DNA of 55,154 nt from a virus (IMGVR_UViG_3300042366_001387:1-55154), one strand, 5' to 3'. Shown: positions 26,844 to 36,004, counted from the stretch's first letter. Numbers and translations are program-made. Notes: generated by a model not told the origin, from the sequence alone.

Positions 26844-26872
26844 TTGCCACCTGGGACCAACGGTGCTACAGT
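26844..26872 (+). promoter_or_regulatory. sigma70 promoter with operator copy 5
   Basis: TTGCCA-17-TACAGT; GGACC-AAC-GGTGC at 26854-26866. Confidence 0.85.
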
Positions 26873-26895
26873 TGGCAGGTACTTCAGGGGGCGGC

Positions 26896-27111
26896 ATGAG
26901 CAATCACTTCTTCCGCATAACCAGCGAAGGTGGCTTCCTTGGGCGATGGTTCTGGGGGAATACCGGCGGAACTGGTTGTGATGGATGGGGCGGAAATCAC
27001 TGGATTACAAACAAAGTGTTGAGGGATTTTGATTCTGCTTGGGCTGGATCAATTCCTATTCTCCGTTATCTGACTTTGCCTGTTAAGCAGGAAGACTACG
27101 ACCGTGGCTGA
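26896..27111 (+). CDS. Hypothetical protein
   Basis: First ATG after the promoter. Confidence 0.6.
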   Translation: MSNHFFRITSEGGFLGRWFWGNTGGTGCDGWGGNHWITNKVLRDFDSAWAGSIPILRYLTLPVKQEDYDRG

Positions 27112-27340
27112 TTTACTGGACATGGAAGCCATCAATAGTCTGCCGCATCCTCTCTATGCAGGGCGCGGAGGTGGTGGTACGGAGTGGCCGATTGCTTTTA
27201 TTTGCGTCCAAACGGGCTGCTGCGCTATGGACGTTGTAGGGCTGTCTGAAAATTTCCACTTTGCAGAGCTGATCTGGTTAATTGACGCTGATGGCACTAG
27301 GCACGACCCTGACAGTTTCTATTTTGATTCCCAGCCATGA
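27104..27340 (+). CDS. Phage hypothetical protein
   Basis: DLLDMEAINSLPHP...ICVQTG..DVVG...DADG..HDPD.FY. Confidence 0.75.
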   Translation: MADLLDMEAINSLPHPLYAGRGGGGTEWPIAFICVQTGCCAMDVVGLSENFHFAELIWLIDADGTRHDPDSFYFDSQP

Positions 27341-27364
27341 CCTGGCACACAACCCCACCTCCCG

Positions 27365-27553
27365 ATGATCACCTACACCACCCCCACCCAGCAGGCCATG
27401 GCCCGCATTGCCACCGCGCCTGTCACCAGTGAGCAGGCCCGCCCCATCGCTTCTGACGATGAGCTTGAATTGCTGTTTCAGCGATCTTCTGCCAACTTCT
27501 ACAGTGCCTTGCGAGCCGTCTACAACCTCGGGAGGGAGCATGGCCCTCTCTAA
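27365..27553 (+). CDS. Phage hypothetical protein
   Basis: ASDDEL...ALRAVYNLGREHG module. Confidence 0.65.
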   Translation: MITYTTPTQQAMARIATAPVTSEQARPIASDDELELLFQRSSANFYSALRAVYNLGREHGPL

Positions 27554-27664
27554 CTACTGCAAGGCGCCATGCTCTGTTGCAGGCCGCACCACGCACTACT
27601 ACGTTTGCAGGGCTTGCAATAAGCCTTGTGACACGATCCCCACTAGACAGGAGGACTACTAGCG

Positions 27665-27934
27665 ATGAAAATTTATTGCCTGTTTGCACAGCAAAAGTGC
27701 TCTTACGAAGATGAGTACGCTCCTGATCTCAGGGCTGCTATTGACGAGTGGGGTGATAGCGACAACCCTCACTACCTCAACGACGAGGAAGAAAAGCTGC
27801 GCAAGGATGGCAGCATTGCGTTTTGGAGGCGCATCACGATTGACCTTGACGATGCCCAATTTGATCGCCTGTTCTATCCGCCATCAGAAATGCTCAAGCC
27901 TACAAACCTCAGCCGCACAAGTGAAGGAGACTAA
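27665..27934 (+). CDS. Phage hypothetical protein
   Basis: 89-aa ATG ORF with upstream GAGGA. Confidence 0.7.
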   Translation: MKIYCLFAQQKCSYEDEYAPDLRAAIDEWGDSDNPHYLNDEEEKLRKDGSIAFWRRITIDLDDAQFDRLFYPPSEMLKPTNLSRTSEGD

Positions 27935-28040
27935 TGGGTAAAGATCACTTTTTTCTTTTGGGCTTTTTTGTGGGAGGCATCACTGGGGTCCTCATACATG
28001 CTTATTTGACCAACACACTGTTCACCTCGTAGAGACTTCG

Positions 28041-28559
28041 ATGCCTGAAACTAACTATCGCGCCTTGTGTGTTGAGCTGCTCCAGTTTGGAGATCAAGCA
28101 GGGGAAATTGCAGCAAATGAAGGCCTGTGGCCGGATTGCGACCCAGGCCCTGATTCGCTATTAGACCGCGCCCGCGCCGCCCTGGCCCAGCCCGAGCTGG
28201 AGGTGGCGGGGCTGAGTGATGATGCGATCGAAGCCGATTTCCGCAGCTGGTACAACGAACGCTATCACCACCACTATTTCGGCGCCATACCACTGGTGGA
28301 GTGCATCGAGTGGACCCGCTACGCCCTCACCCGCTACGGCACCCGCCCGCAGCCGGTGCCTGTTGCGGAGCGGCCATGGGAGCGCGAGGGGTGGTGTGAT
28401 GCGCAAGGGATTTGTTGGTGGTGGCACGCTGCCACTGATGACACCAATCCCGGCTGGATTCCTGCAACCTATGCAGACATTGAACTGGTTGGGGTTGAGT
28501 TTTTTGATTCATCCCTCCCCCACCACGCCCTGCCGGTCCCCGGCGCGGAGGTGGGGTGA
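28041..28559 (+). CDS. Mosaic phage protein (ALAQPE + DUF551-like + LPVPGAEVG modules)
   Basis: YRALCVEL, RARAALAQPE, PVPVAERPW, HALPVPGAEVG. Confidence 0.8.
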   Translation: MPETNYRALCVELLQFGDQAGEIAANEGLWPDCDPGPDSLLDRARAALAQPELEVAGLSDDAIEADFRSWYNERYHHHYFGAIPLVECIEWTRYALTRYGTRPQPVPVAERPWEREGWCDAQGICWWWHAATDDTNPGWIPATYADIELVGVEFFDSSLPHHALPVPGAEVG

Positions 28560-28738
28560 TGAATCGTCTTGCAAAGTGCTGCGATCATTGCGGCAGACTT
28601 GGAGCCTTGACCTATCACCAACGCACCAAATACGAGAATCCCGCCGAAAACATCGTCACTCTTTGCCCTGCCTGTAAAGAGCGAAATGATGAATACTGGG
28701 ATGAGATGTGGGCCGATTATTACAGCGACATACTATGA
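28556..28738 (+). CDS. Small HNH-like zinc-finger protein
   Basis: CDHCG...HQR...ENIVTLCPAC. Confidence 0.6.
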   Translation: MMNRLAKCCDHCGRLGALTYHQRTKYENPAENIVTLCPACKERNDEYWDEMWADYYSDIL

Positions 28739-28807
28739 CCACCCCAACCCCACCCCTATCCCCCGCCGCACTTCCTGACACCATTACCACCACCAAAGGA
28801 GATCACG

Positions 28808-29146
28808 ATGACTAACGAAAGCCGCCCCATTTGGACCGAAGGCATTTGCGGGGATGGTGCAGCCATCCTAAGGGATGGTGTAATGCAGCCAATAGAAGAG
28901 GTGATTGCTGCGCTCAATGCCGCTGAACTGTCCCAGCCCGAGCCGGAGGGGGACCAAGTCTGTTGCATGGTTAGCTGCCACTGGGATGGCCCCCCACCAT
29001 CCCCACATGCGTCCGTTTCTGATTGGTTTGAACAGGAAGGGTCGAAGGGCATCCTGTATGGTCTGCGCATTTCAGCACTGCCATCCCGCAATGAGGCCCT
29101 CCGCACCGCCCTGGGCCTGCCCGAGTCGGAAGGACCAGTCCAATGA
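28808..29146 (+). CDS. Mosaic phage protein
   Basis: WTEGICGDGAAILRDG module plus R1; AAGGAG SD. Confidence 0.75.
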   Translation: MTNESRPIWTEGICGDGAAILRDGVMQPIEEVIAALNAAELSQPEPEGDQVCCMVSCHWDGPPPSPHASVSDWFEQEGSKGILYGLRISALPSRNEALRTALGLPESEGPVQ

Positions 29147-29751
29147 CCAGACAACAAGCCGCAGCGGAGCGCATCCGCAAGTTCATTGATGAATACAAGA
29201 AGATGCGTGGGCTGCATCCCGAAATGGTTTACGAGATCCACGGCGGAGACGATCACAGGCAGGCGGCCATCACCATTGCCGATCTGGAAGCACTCCTGGC
29301 CCAGCCCGAGCCGGAGGGGCCGCCCATGCCAGTGCCTGGTGATGCGGAGGGCTTGGCCGAAGTGTTTTGGGGTCGTTACGACCAGCCCGAGCCTGAGGTG
29401 GATGAGGGCATAGATGATCTGGTTGCCTGGCTGTGGTCAATGCGCGATCTGGCGGGGGAATGCAACCCTGATGAGCAACGCCGGTATGGACTGGCCGCCA
29501 CATTGCTGGGGCAGAAAGCCGCCGAAACTACTCACTGGCGCCCCGCCACCCTGGCCCAGCCCGAGCCGGAGGCTGGGCAGCCAGCGATTGCCGAAGAAGC
29601 CTATCTGGCTTTCGTGCAAATCTGCAAGGGCAATTCTGACGATGCTGGCACTTACGACGCAGACGAAAAACTCGTAAGGCGTGCACTCAAGAAACTCAGC
29701 GACCTGGAACGCAACGCCCTGCCGGTGCCCGGTGCGGAGGTGCAATCGTGA
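29143..29751 (+). CDS. Mosaic phage protein with three QPEPE linkers
   Basis: ATGA overlap; ends ALPVPGAEVQS. Confidence 0.8.
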   Translation: MTRQQAAAERIRKFIDEYKKMRGLHPEMVYEIHGGDDHRQAAITIADLEALLAQPEPEGPPMPVPGDAEGLAEVFWGRYDQPEPEVDEGIDDLVAWLWSMRDLAGECNPDEQRRYGLAATLLGQKAAETTHWRPATLAQPEPEAGQPAIAEEAYLAFVQICKGNSDDAGTYDADEKLVRRALKKLSDLERNALPVPGAEVQS

Positions 29752-29924
29752 AGGTCGAAGACTTCAGGGCCAGCATCATCGCCGCAGCCGCTCTCCTTCC
29801 ACCTGAGCCCCGAGCCCCAAAACCAGGCACGACCTGCCTCTATCGCGGTGGCGAGGTTCTGTGGTGGGCCGAGCCTGATCCATGGTCCCCCATTCTGCCG
29901 GTGCCCGGTGCGGAGGTGGGGTGA
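29748..29924 (+). CDS. 58-aa ORF ending in LPVPGAEVG (below the ORF-track cutoff)
   Basis: GTGA overlap; MKVEDFRAS...ILPVPGAEVG. Confidence 0.6.
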   Translation: MKVEDFRASIIAAAALLPPEPRAPKPGTTCLYRGGEVLWWAEPDPWSPILPVPGAEVG

Positions 29925-30154
29925 TGGATTCGTTTATTTATCTGCTGTTAAGTGTTTACCTGCCCAGCTATCAAGAGGTCGGGCGTTGCGCTGTAAAAAG
30001 GGACGTAAACACAATTCCAGGTGGCTGGGATGCGATTGAAAACTGGGCGGATCTTGAGCATAAGACCTATTTCCTCTCTATGCTCCCTGAGCATATTACA
30101 GAAGACTGCCCTGTATTAGTTAATGTTGAGCTAATTCAATGGATTGAATCATGA
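29924..30154 (+). CDS. Hypothetical protein
   Basis: Start supplied by repeat R2 (TGATG). Confidence 0.6.
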   Translation: MDSFIYLLLSVYLPSYQEVGRCAVKRDVNTIPGGWDAIENWADLEHKTYFLSMLPEHITEDCPVLVNVELIQWIES

Positions 30155-30387
30155 CCACCCCAACCCCACCCCTATCCCCCGCCGCGCAACTCCTCGCCCT
30201 CGCCGCCGAGCTGCGGCAGGAGGGGCGGGCATGACCCACCCATTCCGCCCACGCCCTGCCAATCCCCACCCCCTAGGGTGCGGAACCGGAACCCACCCGG
30301 CACCACCCGCAACGCCTCCAGTCCGCCGGGAGTTGGGGGCAGACGTATGAATCCCGGCAGTCATCCACTCGCTATTCCCATTCTCCA

Positions 30388-31062
30388 ATGACTACACCAA
30401 CCACAGTCGAAGAACTTCTTGATTACTGGCCTGGAAACATCCCCTTTAAGGGAAGTCTTGTAAGTGACGACGGTTCTTGCATGTGCGCCCAAGGGCAAGC
30501 GTTGCATTTTATTGGTGGGCTAACCGTTGAAGAATTGCGCCATGTTGATCAAGCTGCAGCGGACAAGCGAGTTGCTGAATTGTTTGGCATCAGCCGCGCC
30601 CATTCGGTCTTGTTGCGCATTATCAACGACAAGCAACAAGGTGCGCCTTCTAGTGTTATTCGCAACCCCGAGCAAATTTTAGGAGATCAAGCGCAAGTAG
30701 TGCTTGCCTTTTGGCGACATCTTGATCACATGACACCAGCGGCCTGGGCAGCGGCCGGGGAGGCGGCCTGGGCAGCGGCCGGGGAAGCGGCCGGGGCAGC
30801 GGCCTGGGCAGGGGCCGGGGAAGCGGCCGGGGAAGCGGCCAGGGCAGCGGCCTGGGCAGCGGCCTGGGCAGGGGCCGGGGCAGCGGCCTGGGCAGCGGCC
30901 GGGGCAGGGGCCTGGGCAGCGGCCTGGGTAGCGGCCAGGGAAGCGGCCTGGGCTTCCAATGAAATCCAAGGTGCCGCTGTTATGCGGAAACGAAATCAGC
31001 CATTTTTCTTTCTGCCGCTATTTGGATTCGCAAATCCAGAAGCAGTAATTAAAGCACCATGA
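30388..31062 (+). CDS. Phage protein with Ala/Trp-rich tandem repeat
   Basis: CMCAQGQAL N-domain; (AAWA/AAGE)n tract. Confidence 0.8.
   Translation: MTTPTTVEELLDYWPGNIPFKGSLVSDDGSCMCAQGQALHFIGGLTVEELRHVDQAAADKRVAELFGISRAHSVLLRIINDKQQGAPSSVIRNPEQILGDQAQVVLAFWRHLDHMTPAAWAAAGEAAWAAAGEAAGAAAWAGAGEAAGEAARAAAWAAAWAGAGAAAWAAAGAGAWAAAWVAAREAAWASNEIQGAAVMRKRNQPFFFLPLFGFANPEAVIKAP
30738..30953 (+). repeat. 12-bp coding tandem repeat GCAGCGGCCTGG and variants (~18 units)
   Basis: Visible directly in the sequence. Confidence 0.95.
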
Positions 31063-31226
31063 CCACCACCATCCACCTCCAGCCTGGCGAGACCATCAAC
31101 CAAGCCCTGATCAGAGCGGCGCTGATGGCACCGCCAGCAGGGGGAGAGCCTGAAACGATCACAATTCCACCCGGCGCTTGCATCAAGAATCCAAGCCTCA
31201 GGAGGACCCGCATCATTGAGCATTGA
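31059..31226 (+). CDS. 55-aa hypothetical protein
   Basis: ATGA overlap; MTTTIHLQPGETINQAL. Confidence 0.45.
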   Translation: MTTTIHLQPGETINQALIRAALMAPPAGGEPETITIPPGACIKNPSLRRTRIIEH

Positions 31227-31309
31227 AATCGCAGCTGCACTTGATGAATTCGAGAGGAGCGGCACAGAGCTTAATTGTATAGAGGTCAGAACGGATCTAC
31301 TCGAAGGAG

Positions 31310-31642
31310 ATGACTGATTTGCTTAAACAGCTGGCTGAACTGCATCAATCTATCAAATTAAAAAGAGACGAGTACAAGAAAAGAATTGCTGACATTGACG
31401 ATCAGCGTGCAAATCTTTTCTACAAAGCAGCTCAACTTGAAGAAGACACACCAGCAATGGATGAAGTTTACCGGCAGTTAGATTTACTTGACAGCAAAGA
31501 GTTTTCATGCTACTCTCAACTTAGAAATTTTCTTTCACTTGCTGATGAGCAGATCGACAGAACAATCAAGTCAGTTGTTCAGCGAAGGTTTGAATCCATC
31601 GGACCCCTTCTTCCATATATTGGTAGCGATGCGCTTGAGTGA
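31310..31642 (+). CDS. Hypothetical coiled-coil protein
   Basis: 110-aa ORF. Confidence 0.7.
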   Translation: MTDLLKQLAELHQSIKLKRDEYKKRIADIDDQRANLFYKAAQLEEDTPAMDEVYRQLDLLDSKEFSCYSQLRNFLSLADEQIDRTIKSVVQRRFESIGPLLPYIGSDALE

Positions 31643-31856
31643 GCTGAATCCGCTCATGACGGTTGACCAAGCTAGGAGGGCAGATGAAATATCAGACAAG
31701 CTTTGTAGGTTTGCGGTCAGAAAAATCAAAGCCTCTGACCAGGGCAGTAGAGTAAACCATATTCACAAACAGCAACTTGAGCTTGCAGTGCTTGGGCGTG
31801 ATCTGATAGTTGAACTTGAGAGCGAAATCCAAGAGCGTGGGGGCGAAAATGAGTAA
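31629..31856 (+). CDS. Hypothetical protein
   Basis: Overlaps both neighbours. Confidence 0.55.
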   Translation: MRLSELNPLMTVDQARRADEISDKLCRFAVRKIKASDQGSRVNHIHKQQLELAVLGRDLIVELESEIQERGGENE

Positions 31857-32595
31857 CAAAACAGTGCCCGTTGTATCTGATAGATTTCTCGTCGCCCCAG
31901 CAAATCTTCTTCAGCAAAACAAAAATTATATCTGGGTGTTTTTGATATTGATGAACAAAGCGAACAGTCAGAGGTCTACTGTGATTTCCGGCGATGAACT
32001 TATCGAGTTGTCGGGCCTTTCTCCAGCTGATCTAAGAGATGCCCTGTACTGGTTGATGCTAAACGGTTATGTTAGAAAGACATACTCTGAAGAAAAAGCA
32101 AAGAGTGTTTATCTTTTAAGTGTTGAGGGAGCGCTCCCTCATGAAATTTCCAACAACCTTCGCCCCTCACTAAATCAGCTGCCTCGCCCCACACGCTCAA
32201 CCGAGCCAGTCAAAACGAAAAGCGGGAAATTTGTTGCAACCCTCTCGGGAAGCGAGGGCGTCACAATTCCCCCACAGCTATCAACTGTCGCTTCCATTAT
32301 TTGCGACTTTTTCAACAATCACAAAGGGGGCGCAAAAACAAAAAGATCTTTTTACAGCCTGCTTGATTCTCTGGTTCGGATACTTGAAGACCCAGGGGGC
32401 GGCATCGAAGCAGTAAGGAAGCAGCTCGACTCTGCCATTGAGAAATCGAAGTCGGGCGAGAAAAAGTGGGATTCTATCACCTATCAGAATTGGGACAAAT
32501 TTGGTAGAGAGAAGAAGCCTCATTGGGAGCAAAACACCAGGCCCTCCACTCAGCAAATAGTTAGCACTTTTGAAGAGGACATCGCAGGTTTCTGA
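31849..32595 (+). CDS. Putative replication initiator (N-terminal winged HTH)
   Basis: ISGDELIELSGLSPADLRDALYWLMLNGYV; lies directly before dnaB. Confidence 0.65.
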   Translation: MSNKTVPVVSDRFLVAPANLLQQNKNYIWVFLILMNKANSQRSTVISGDELIELSGLSPADLRDALYWLMLNGYVRKTYSEEKAKSVYLLSVEGALPHEISNNLRPSLNQLPRPTRSTEPVKTKSGKFVATLSGSEGVTIPPQLSTVASIICDFFNNHKGGAKTKRSFYSLLDSLVRILEDPGGGIEAVRKQLDSAIEKSKSGEKKWDSITYQNWDKFGREKKPHWEQNTRPSTQQIVSTFEEDIAGF

Positions 32596-32596
32596 C

Positions 32597-34018
32597 ATGA
32601 GCATCATCAATCTCGAAGAATTTGAATCACAGCAGGACTCCTGCGAAATTGAGAAACACTTTCTCGCTGCTGCTTACAATCATTTCTGTTTTGCGTTTGG
32701 GGAGCAGGAATGGGCAGATAAATTTATGGAAATGCTGAAGGGGCGAGAGTTGTTCTCGGACCCATTCAACAGATACATGTTTGACTGCCTTGAGGAGGAA
32801 TACGGGACTTTTCACCAATCCCCGACAAATGACATTACACTTGCCGCCAGACTGAGAGATGTTTCTGGCTGCGAAATAAAAGCTGCCGAAGATTACATCG
32901 AGCAAATCGCATCCTATCCCATAGAGAAAGACTTGGACGTATGGGCGGAAAAGATAATGCCTATTTGGTATTTTCATCATTCTCGCTCAAGAGTTAAGGA
33001 CTATATTCAGAACTCGGCTGATATTGTCAGCAAGAGCTGCAACATCAAAGAATCGAAGGTTGCAACTTCTTACCTGCTGCAAGCGGTTGATTTAATTGAG
33101 GGGGCGGAAGTTTACAAGAAAGAGGTTCATCCTCTTATTGCAGCCAAGGAGATGTTTCTGGGGCCGAAAATCAATAATCGAGTGATCAGGACTCGCTTCA
33201 CTGGGCTCAATGCCTCGCTTGGGGGCGGGTTGAATCACCCCGACATGGGCAAAGGGGGGCGGCTGATCGTTGTTGCGGGGCGCCCCGGCAGTGGTAAATC
33301 AACTTGGGCGATGAATCTTGCACTCGATGTTGCAATCAAGAACTACAAGGTTCTGTATTACACCTTGGAAATGCCAGATAGCGAGGTGTGTCAAAGGATG
33401 CTGTCCTGCATGGACTATCTCAGGTGCCTGGAGGAAGGGGGCAGCCCTTTAACTTACGGGCACGTTATCAGGCAGGCCAAAGACGAGAAGCAGGAACAGC
33501 GAATTCTTGATACAGAAGTTGAGCCGATAGCCCAAAACCTCATATTCACTAACACTTTTGAAACGACTGCCTCTCAGGTTGTCAGCAAAATCAAGTCCGA
33601 AAAAAGAAAGCATCCAGATCTGGCTTTAGTGGTGATCGACTACCTCACGCTGATGGACATGGACTCTGATACCACAAAAGCGGAGAACAGGGCTTTAGCG
33701 GTGGGGGCGGCAACGAGAAAGTTCAAAATAGCAGCAACACGTACTGGTGTTGATATTTTGCTTGTTTGTCAGCTAAACAGAGGGGTCGAAAGTCGTACAG
33801 ATAAACGCCCCATGCTCTCAGACCTCAGGGAGTCGGGCAAGATCGAGGAGGACGCTGATATGGTTGTCTTTAACTACTGGCCGTATTATTATGACAAAAC
33901 GCAGGATCAGATGATTTACGAGTACGCTATTGCCAAAAATAGAAAGGGGGCAACAGGAACATGTAATATCAACTTTGCTGCTGAGTGCTATGCAATGTTT
34001 GAATCTCGCCAGTGGTAA
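32597..34018 (+). CDS. dnaB: DnaB-family replicative helicase
   Basis: Walker A AGRPGSGKS, TLEM, VVIDYLTLM, CQLNRGVESRTDKRPMLSDLRESGKIEEDAD, AKNRKG. Confidence 0.97.
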   Translation: MSIINLEEFESQQDSCEIEKHFLAAAYNHFCFAFGEQEWADKFMEMLKGRELFSDPFNRYMFDCLEEEYGTFHQSPTNDITLAARLRDVSGCEIKAAEDYIEQIASYPIEKDLDVWAEKIMPIWYFHHSRSRVKDYIQNSADIVSKSCNIKESKVATSYLLQAVDLIEGAEVYKKEVHPLIAAKEMFLGPKINNRVIRTRFTGLNASLGGGLNHPDMGKGGRLIVVAGRPGSGKSTWAMNLALDVAIKNYKVLYYTLEMPDSEVCQRMLSCMDYLRCLEEGGSPLTYGHVIRQAKDEKQEQRILDTEVEPIAQNLIFTNTFETTASQVVSKIKSEKRKHPDLALVVIDYLTLMDMDSDTTKAENRALAVGAATRKFKIAATRTGVDILLVCQLNRGVESRTDKRPMLSDLRESGKIEEDADMVVFNYWPYYYDKTQDQMIYEYAIAKNRKGATGTCNINFAAECYAMFESRQW

Positions 34019-34633
34019 ATGAAGGCCTCGTCCAAAAAATCCCCATGCCCTGTATGCTGCCGGCACACCGACGATAAGTGTAGGTGGAATGAGGAGAGTA
34101 TTCTGTGCTACTCCGGGGACAGCTTCGGCCCAAGCCAAAATCTCAAGAAGGGCGATAGTATTCAAGCTCTTGGCAAGACCTGGATACTTATCTCGTACAA
34201 CGCGGGCTTTTCGGCAACCTCGTATCTGTTTGTTATAGATGACGGAAGGTACAAGAAATTATCGCCCCAAGAAAAAAGCCAACTCAACCGAAAGAAAGTC
34301 GCTCTGGCACGAAAAGCAATATTTGCTTTTAGAGAGATTGAGAATAGCTTCTTTTTATTTCTCGCCCCACGAGATTTGCTTTCGCTCGCCCCCGATGAAA
34401 TTGATTATGTCGAAGCCTTTGGCAACAAGTTGATCGAGCTGTGTGAAAACCTGGAGGACTTTCTTTCTCTCAACAGAATTCACATCAAGCAGTTGGGGGC
34501 GATCAGGGGCAGGCTCCACCAAATGAGGGAGCTACTAAAGGGCGTGCAGGGAGATCTGGAGCACTTTAGGCGACAGTTCCTCGGCGAACCGACCCAAGTC
34601 CCTTCCTGGGGCTCACAGGAGGCAGAGAGCTAG
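34019..34633 (+). CDS. Protein with primase-type zinc-binding N-terminus
   Basis: SKKSPCPVC.RHTDDKCR...ILC. Confidence 0.65.
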   Translation: MKASSKKSPCPVCCRHTDDKCRWNEESILCYSGDSFGPSQNLKKGDSIQALGKTWILISYNAGFSATSYLFVIDDGRYKKLSPQEKSQLNRKKVALARKAIFAFREIENSFFLFLAPRDLLSLAPDEIDYVEAFGNKLIELCENLEDFLSLNRIHIKQLGAIRGRLHQMRELLKGVQGDLEHFRRQFLGEPTQVPSWGSQEAES

Positions 34634-34836
34634 TCCTCCCGACCGGCAAGGTTCGCCTTTTCCCACCTCTCAAACCCATATTCAACAAGAAGAGCGCAAA
34701 AGGTGCTCATTGAAAGGGTGCGTGGTTTCATTGCTGCGACTTTTACAGCAGTCTCTTCTTCAATCCGCATTTTCACGGTCATCAAGGAGTGCCTTTTGGT
34801 CTCCACTTTGGCTTTGCTTGCTTCTTCTGTCATCAT
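34630..34836 (-). CDS. Small putative RHH/repressor-like protein
   Basis: TVKMRIEEETAVKVAAMKPRTLSMSTFCALLVEYG; isolated on the opposite strand. Confidence 0.6.
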   Translation of the reverse strand: MMTEEASKAKVETKRHSLMTVKMRIEEETAVKVAAMKPRTLSMSTFCALLVEYGFERWEKANLAGRED

Positions 34837-34886
34837 GCTAAGATTTGGCTCGAAAGGGGAACCAACAGGGACTCTACACTAAACCA

Positions 34887-35096
34887 ATGCCAGAGGAAAG
34901 TCAAGCACCGCGAAAGATCTCTCCCGCCCCAGATTGGACAGCAATCTTCAGCGTCCGCTACGACTTATCGCCCCCAGGCTATGATGAAGTTTTTCTCGAT
35001 TGCGTCAATAACCCCAAAAAAAAGAAAAAAGAGCTAATGTGGGAAACCAGCCTTGACAAAAAGAAAAAGAAAGGGCTCGGTCGCAATCAAAAGTAA
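34887..35096 (+). CDS. Small basic cyanophage protein
   Basis: PDWTAIF...DLSPPGYDE; Lys-rich tail. Confidence 0.65.
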   Translation: MPEESQAPRKISPAPDWTAIFSVRYDLSPPGYDEVFLDCVNNPKKKKKELMWETSLDKKKKKGLGRNQK

Positions 35097-35302
35097 TTCA
35101 TTCTCATCTTAAAATCATGGGCAGGCTTAAGCTTTTTCGAGGTGACCAAATTCTTATACCCGGCATAGAAGTGATTTCTTTTGTCGAGACCCCAAAGATT
35201 GATAGGAGCGAAAAAAAGGAAAGCTAAAGCTCGCAAACCAAGGCTGCAAAGGCCTGTTCAGCTTTCACTCCTTGACCTTGAAAGGAGTTTGTCGGCCAAG
35301 GG

Positions 35303-35331
35303 TTGACAGGCGGGGCCGATGGTGCCATTAT
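35303..35331 (+). promoter_or_regulatory. sigma70 promoter with operator copy 6
   Basis: TTGACA-17-CATTAT; GGGCC-GAT-GGTGC at 35313-35325. Confidence 0.8.
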
Positions 35332-35356
35332 TGGTTGGTCCACCACTCGCCTTGTC

Positions 35357-35647
35357 ATGGGCAAAGACAGATTAAACCAACTGATTGACTCTCTGATTAC
35401 TGAGTGTCTCTCTCGTAACAGCCTTTCTTTTGATGATGTTTTTCTTTATGTTGGGCGCAATTTTCCTATCAACACCCGACAGCCTGAAAGGGGCTCTGTG
35501 CCGCCCCGTTTCTATTTTCTCGTTGAAAGTCGCATGAAGGCACTTAAGCGCAAAGGACTGGTTTCTTACGATCGGAAGTTGTCTTGCTGGTGCTACAACA
35601 AAGAAGCCGCCAAAGAAATCAATGCAGAAGCCGTTGTTCCGGCCTGA
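35357..35647 (+). CDS. Putative winged-helix protein
   Basis: VESRMKALKRKGLVSYDRK..W. Confidence 0.65.
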   Translation: MGKDRLNQLIDSLITECLSRNSLSFDDVFLYVGRNFPINTRQPERGSVPPRFYFLVESRMKALKRKGLVSYDRKLSCWCYNKEAAKEINAEAVVPA

Positions 35648-35837
35648 CAGCGCCGCTTTTGTCACAACTGACGATGGCGAAGAAGAGATCGTTTCTGTCA
35701 AGTCCAGACTCGGCAACTACGTGATTCTCGACAACGGCGTCAGGTTTCATGTTCTTGACGATCGCAAAAAAAACACCATGATTTGGAGACTACCGGATCA
35801 TGGTATTACCATCAAGCCAATTCTCGGAAAAGAATGA
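35622..35837 (+). CDS. Hypothetical protein
   Basis: Overlapping run. Confidence 0.55.
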   Translation: MQKPLFRPDSAAFVTTDDGEEEIVSVKSRLGNYVILDNGVRFHVLDDRKKNTMIWRLPDHGITIKPILGKE

Positions 35838-36004
35838 AGATCGAAGAGGTCCCACTGGGCCAGCAAAACTGCTTCAATTGCTATTACAAGCGCGAGCATC
35901 CAACCAGTCTGATTCGACTTTGCTGTCTCGACAATCAGCCACTTCCATTGCCAGCAACAAATTGGTGTGGGCAATGGGCAAAGCATCCCGACCGATTTAA
36001 GTAA
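35834..36004 (+). CDS. Small Cys-rich protein
   Basis: CFNCYY...CC...WCGQW. Confidence 0.6.
   Translation: MKIEEVPLGQQNCFNCYYKREHPTSLIRLCCLDNQPLPLPATNWCGQWAKHPDRFK

Larger units (their letters stand above)
28181..29572 (+). repeat. Dispersed repeat R1, CTGGCCCAGCCCGAGCCGGAGG (LAQPEPE), 5-6 copies
   Basis: Copies near 28181, 28928, 29295, 29382 and 29550; degenerate copy at 29107. Confidence 0.9.
28527..29926 (+). repeat. Dispersed repeat R2, CTGCCGGTGCCCGGTGCGGAGGTG(GGGTGATG), at gene ends
   Basis: Copies at 28527-28561, 29714-29751 and 29895-29926; contains GGAGG plus overlapping stop/start. Confidence 0.9.
28735..30185 (+). repeat. Exact 35-bp repeat R3, ATGACCACCCCAACCCCACCCCTATCCCCCGCCGC, 2 copies
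   Basis: 28735-28769 and 30151-30185; each starts a mini-ORF (MTTPTPPLSPAA...). Confidence 0.9.

Noticed and set aside
28181-30185. Dispersed repeats as a CRISPR or mini-CRISPR array
   Set aside because: Spacing is irregular, the repeats are in-frame coding sequence, and there are no cas genes.
30679-30969. PGRC-repeat - strand ORF
   Set aside because: Antisense reading of the 12-bp minisatellite.
34856-34873. GGAACCAACAGGGAC as an eighth operator
   Set aside because: The right half-site does not match and the -35/-10 geometry is absent.
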